A stretch of 64,000 nt of DNA. Origin: Azolla caroliniana. Lineage: Eukaryota > Plantae > Polypodiophyta. Positions 63,644 through 64,000 of the stretch are shown in pieces (position 1 is the stretch's first letter; each line of letters starts with the position of its first letter). The DNA lies in the NCBI GenBank assembly GCA_043228905.1, contig JBHGNT010000015.1:1426001-1490000 (forward strand), read 5' to 3'. The notes below the pieces were generated by a model. That model did not search any database, was not told the origin of the DNA, and saw nothing but the letters and a program-made list of their open reading frames with translations. A program made the position numbers and the translations under genes.

Positions 63644-64000
63644 CCGGTTCTTTAACTAACGCCACCTTCATCATAAAGGCATAATGATATGCTATGTAGT
63701 CATTGTAGCCGAACTGGCTTACTACATTCTTTTCACAGGTGGAGCGTCAGAGTTTCTCATTTGCTATTATGACTACTTTCTTGGCTCCGGGTGTCTTCAT
63801 GATAGGTAACACCTAGTCCACCATACTCACTGTTGAGTGAGTGTGTCGATTCGTTTCCATCTGAGTCTTCTAATTCATTTTGGCCTTCCCTTTGTCCATC
63901 TTTGGACTCGGCCAAGATGTGCTTCGGTCGCTTGGAGGCTCTTGTGGCCCACTGAGTGTAGTTGTAATCGGGCTATGCTCTGTTATATGCGATGGTTGAT

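Larger units (their letters stand above)
55779..64000 (-). mobile_element. Ty1/copia element B (decayed, related to copia A; continues beyond the window)
   Basis: 3' LTR about 55779-61134, split by gypsy 3 (left end inferred from TG); RNase H about 61300-61780; RT about 61800-62800 (DVDDLV, HYFLGIEV); linker YNDYIAYHYAFM resembles copia A. Confidence 0.8.

Overview
Eukaryotic land-plant genomic DNA, probably a fern or other non-seed plant (inferred from PLS-type PPR debris and Tcn1-like chromoviruses). The first 24 kb holds two intact spliced genes on the minus strand: a 424-aa RFI2/IPI1-like RING-H2 E3 ligase and a 108-aa V-ATPase subunit G. It also holds a decayed PPR gene, an internally deleted AGO2/3/7-type Argonaute pseudogene, a hAT MITE, a solo LTR and an old LINE. 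From about 26.9 kb to the end is a nest of retroelements: three Ty1/copia elements, three Ty3/gypsy chromoviruses, an L1 LINE, a hAT end and an LTR-like insert. Most have LTRs, PBS/PPT and target-site duplications readable by eye. The most unusual signals are: (1) a tRNA-like A-box/B-box cassette, antisense to the element, at the U3 tip of two otherwise dissimilar Tcn1-like LTRs; (2) a 204-bp element built from shuffled LTR pieces, with two inverted U3 ends and a clean 5-bp TSD; (3) Tf1-style self-priming plus a -1 frameshift/pseudoknot signal in a plant retrotransposon; (4) a hairpin array in a gypsy leader; (5) an LTR-like insert flanked by a 178-bp target duplication. All alignments and counts were done by eye.
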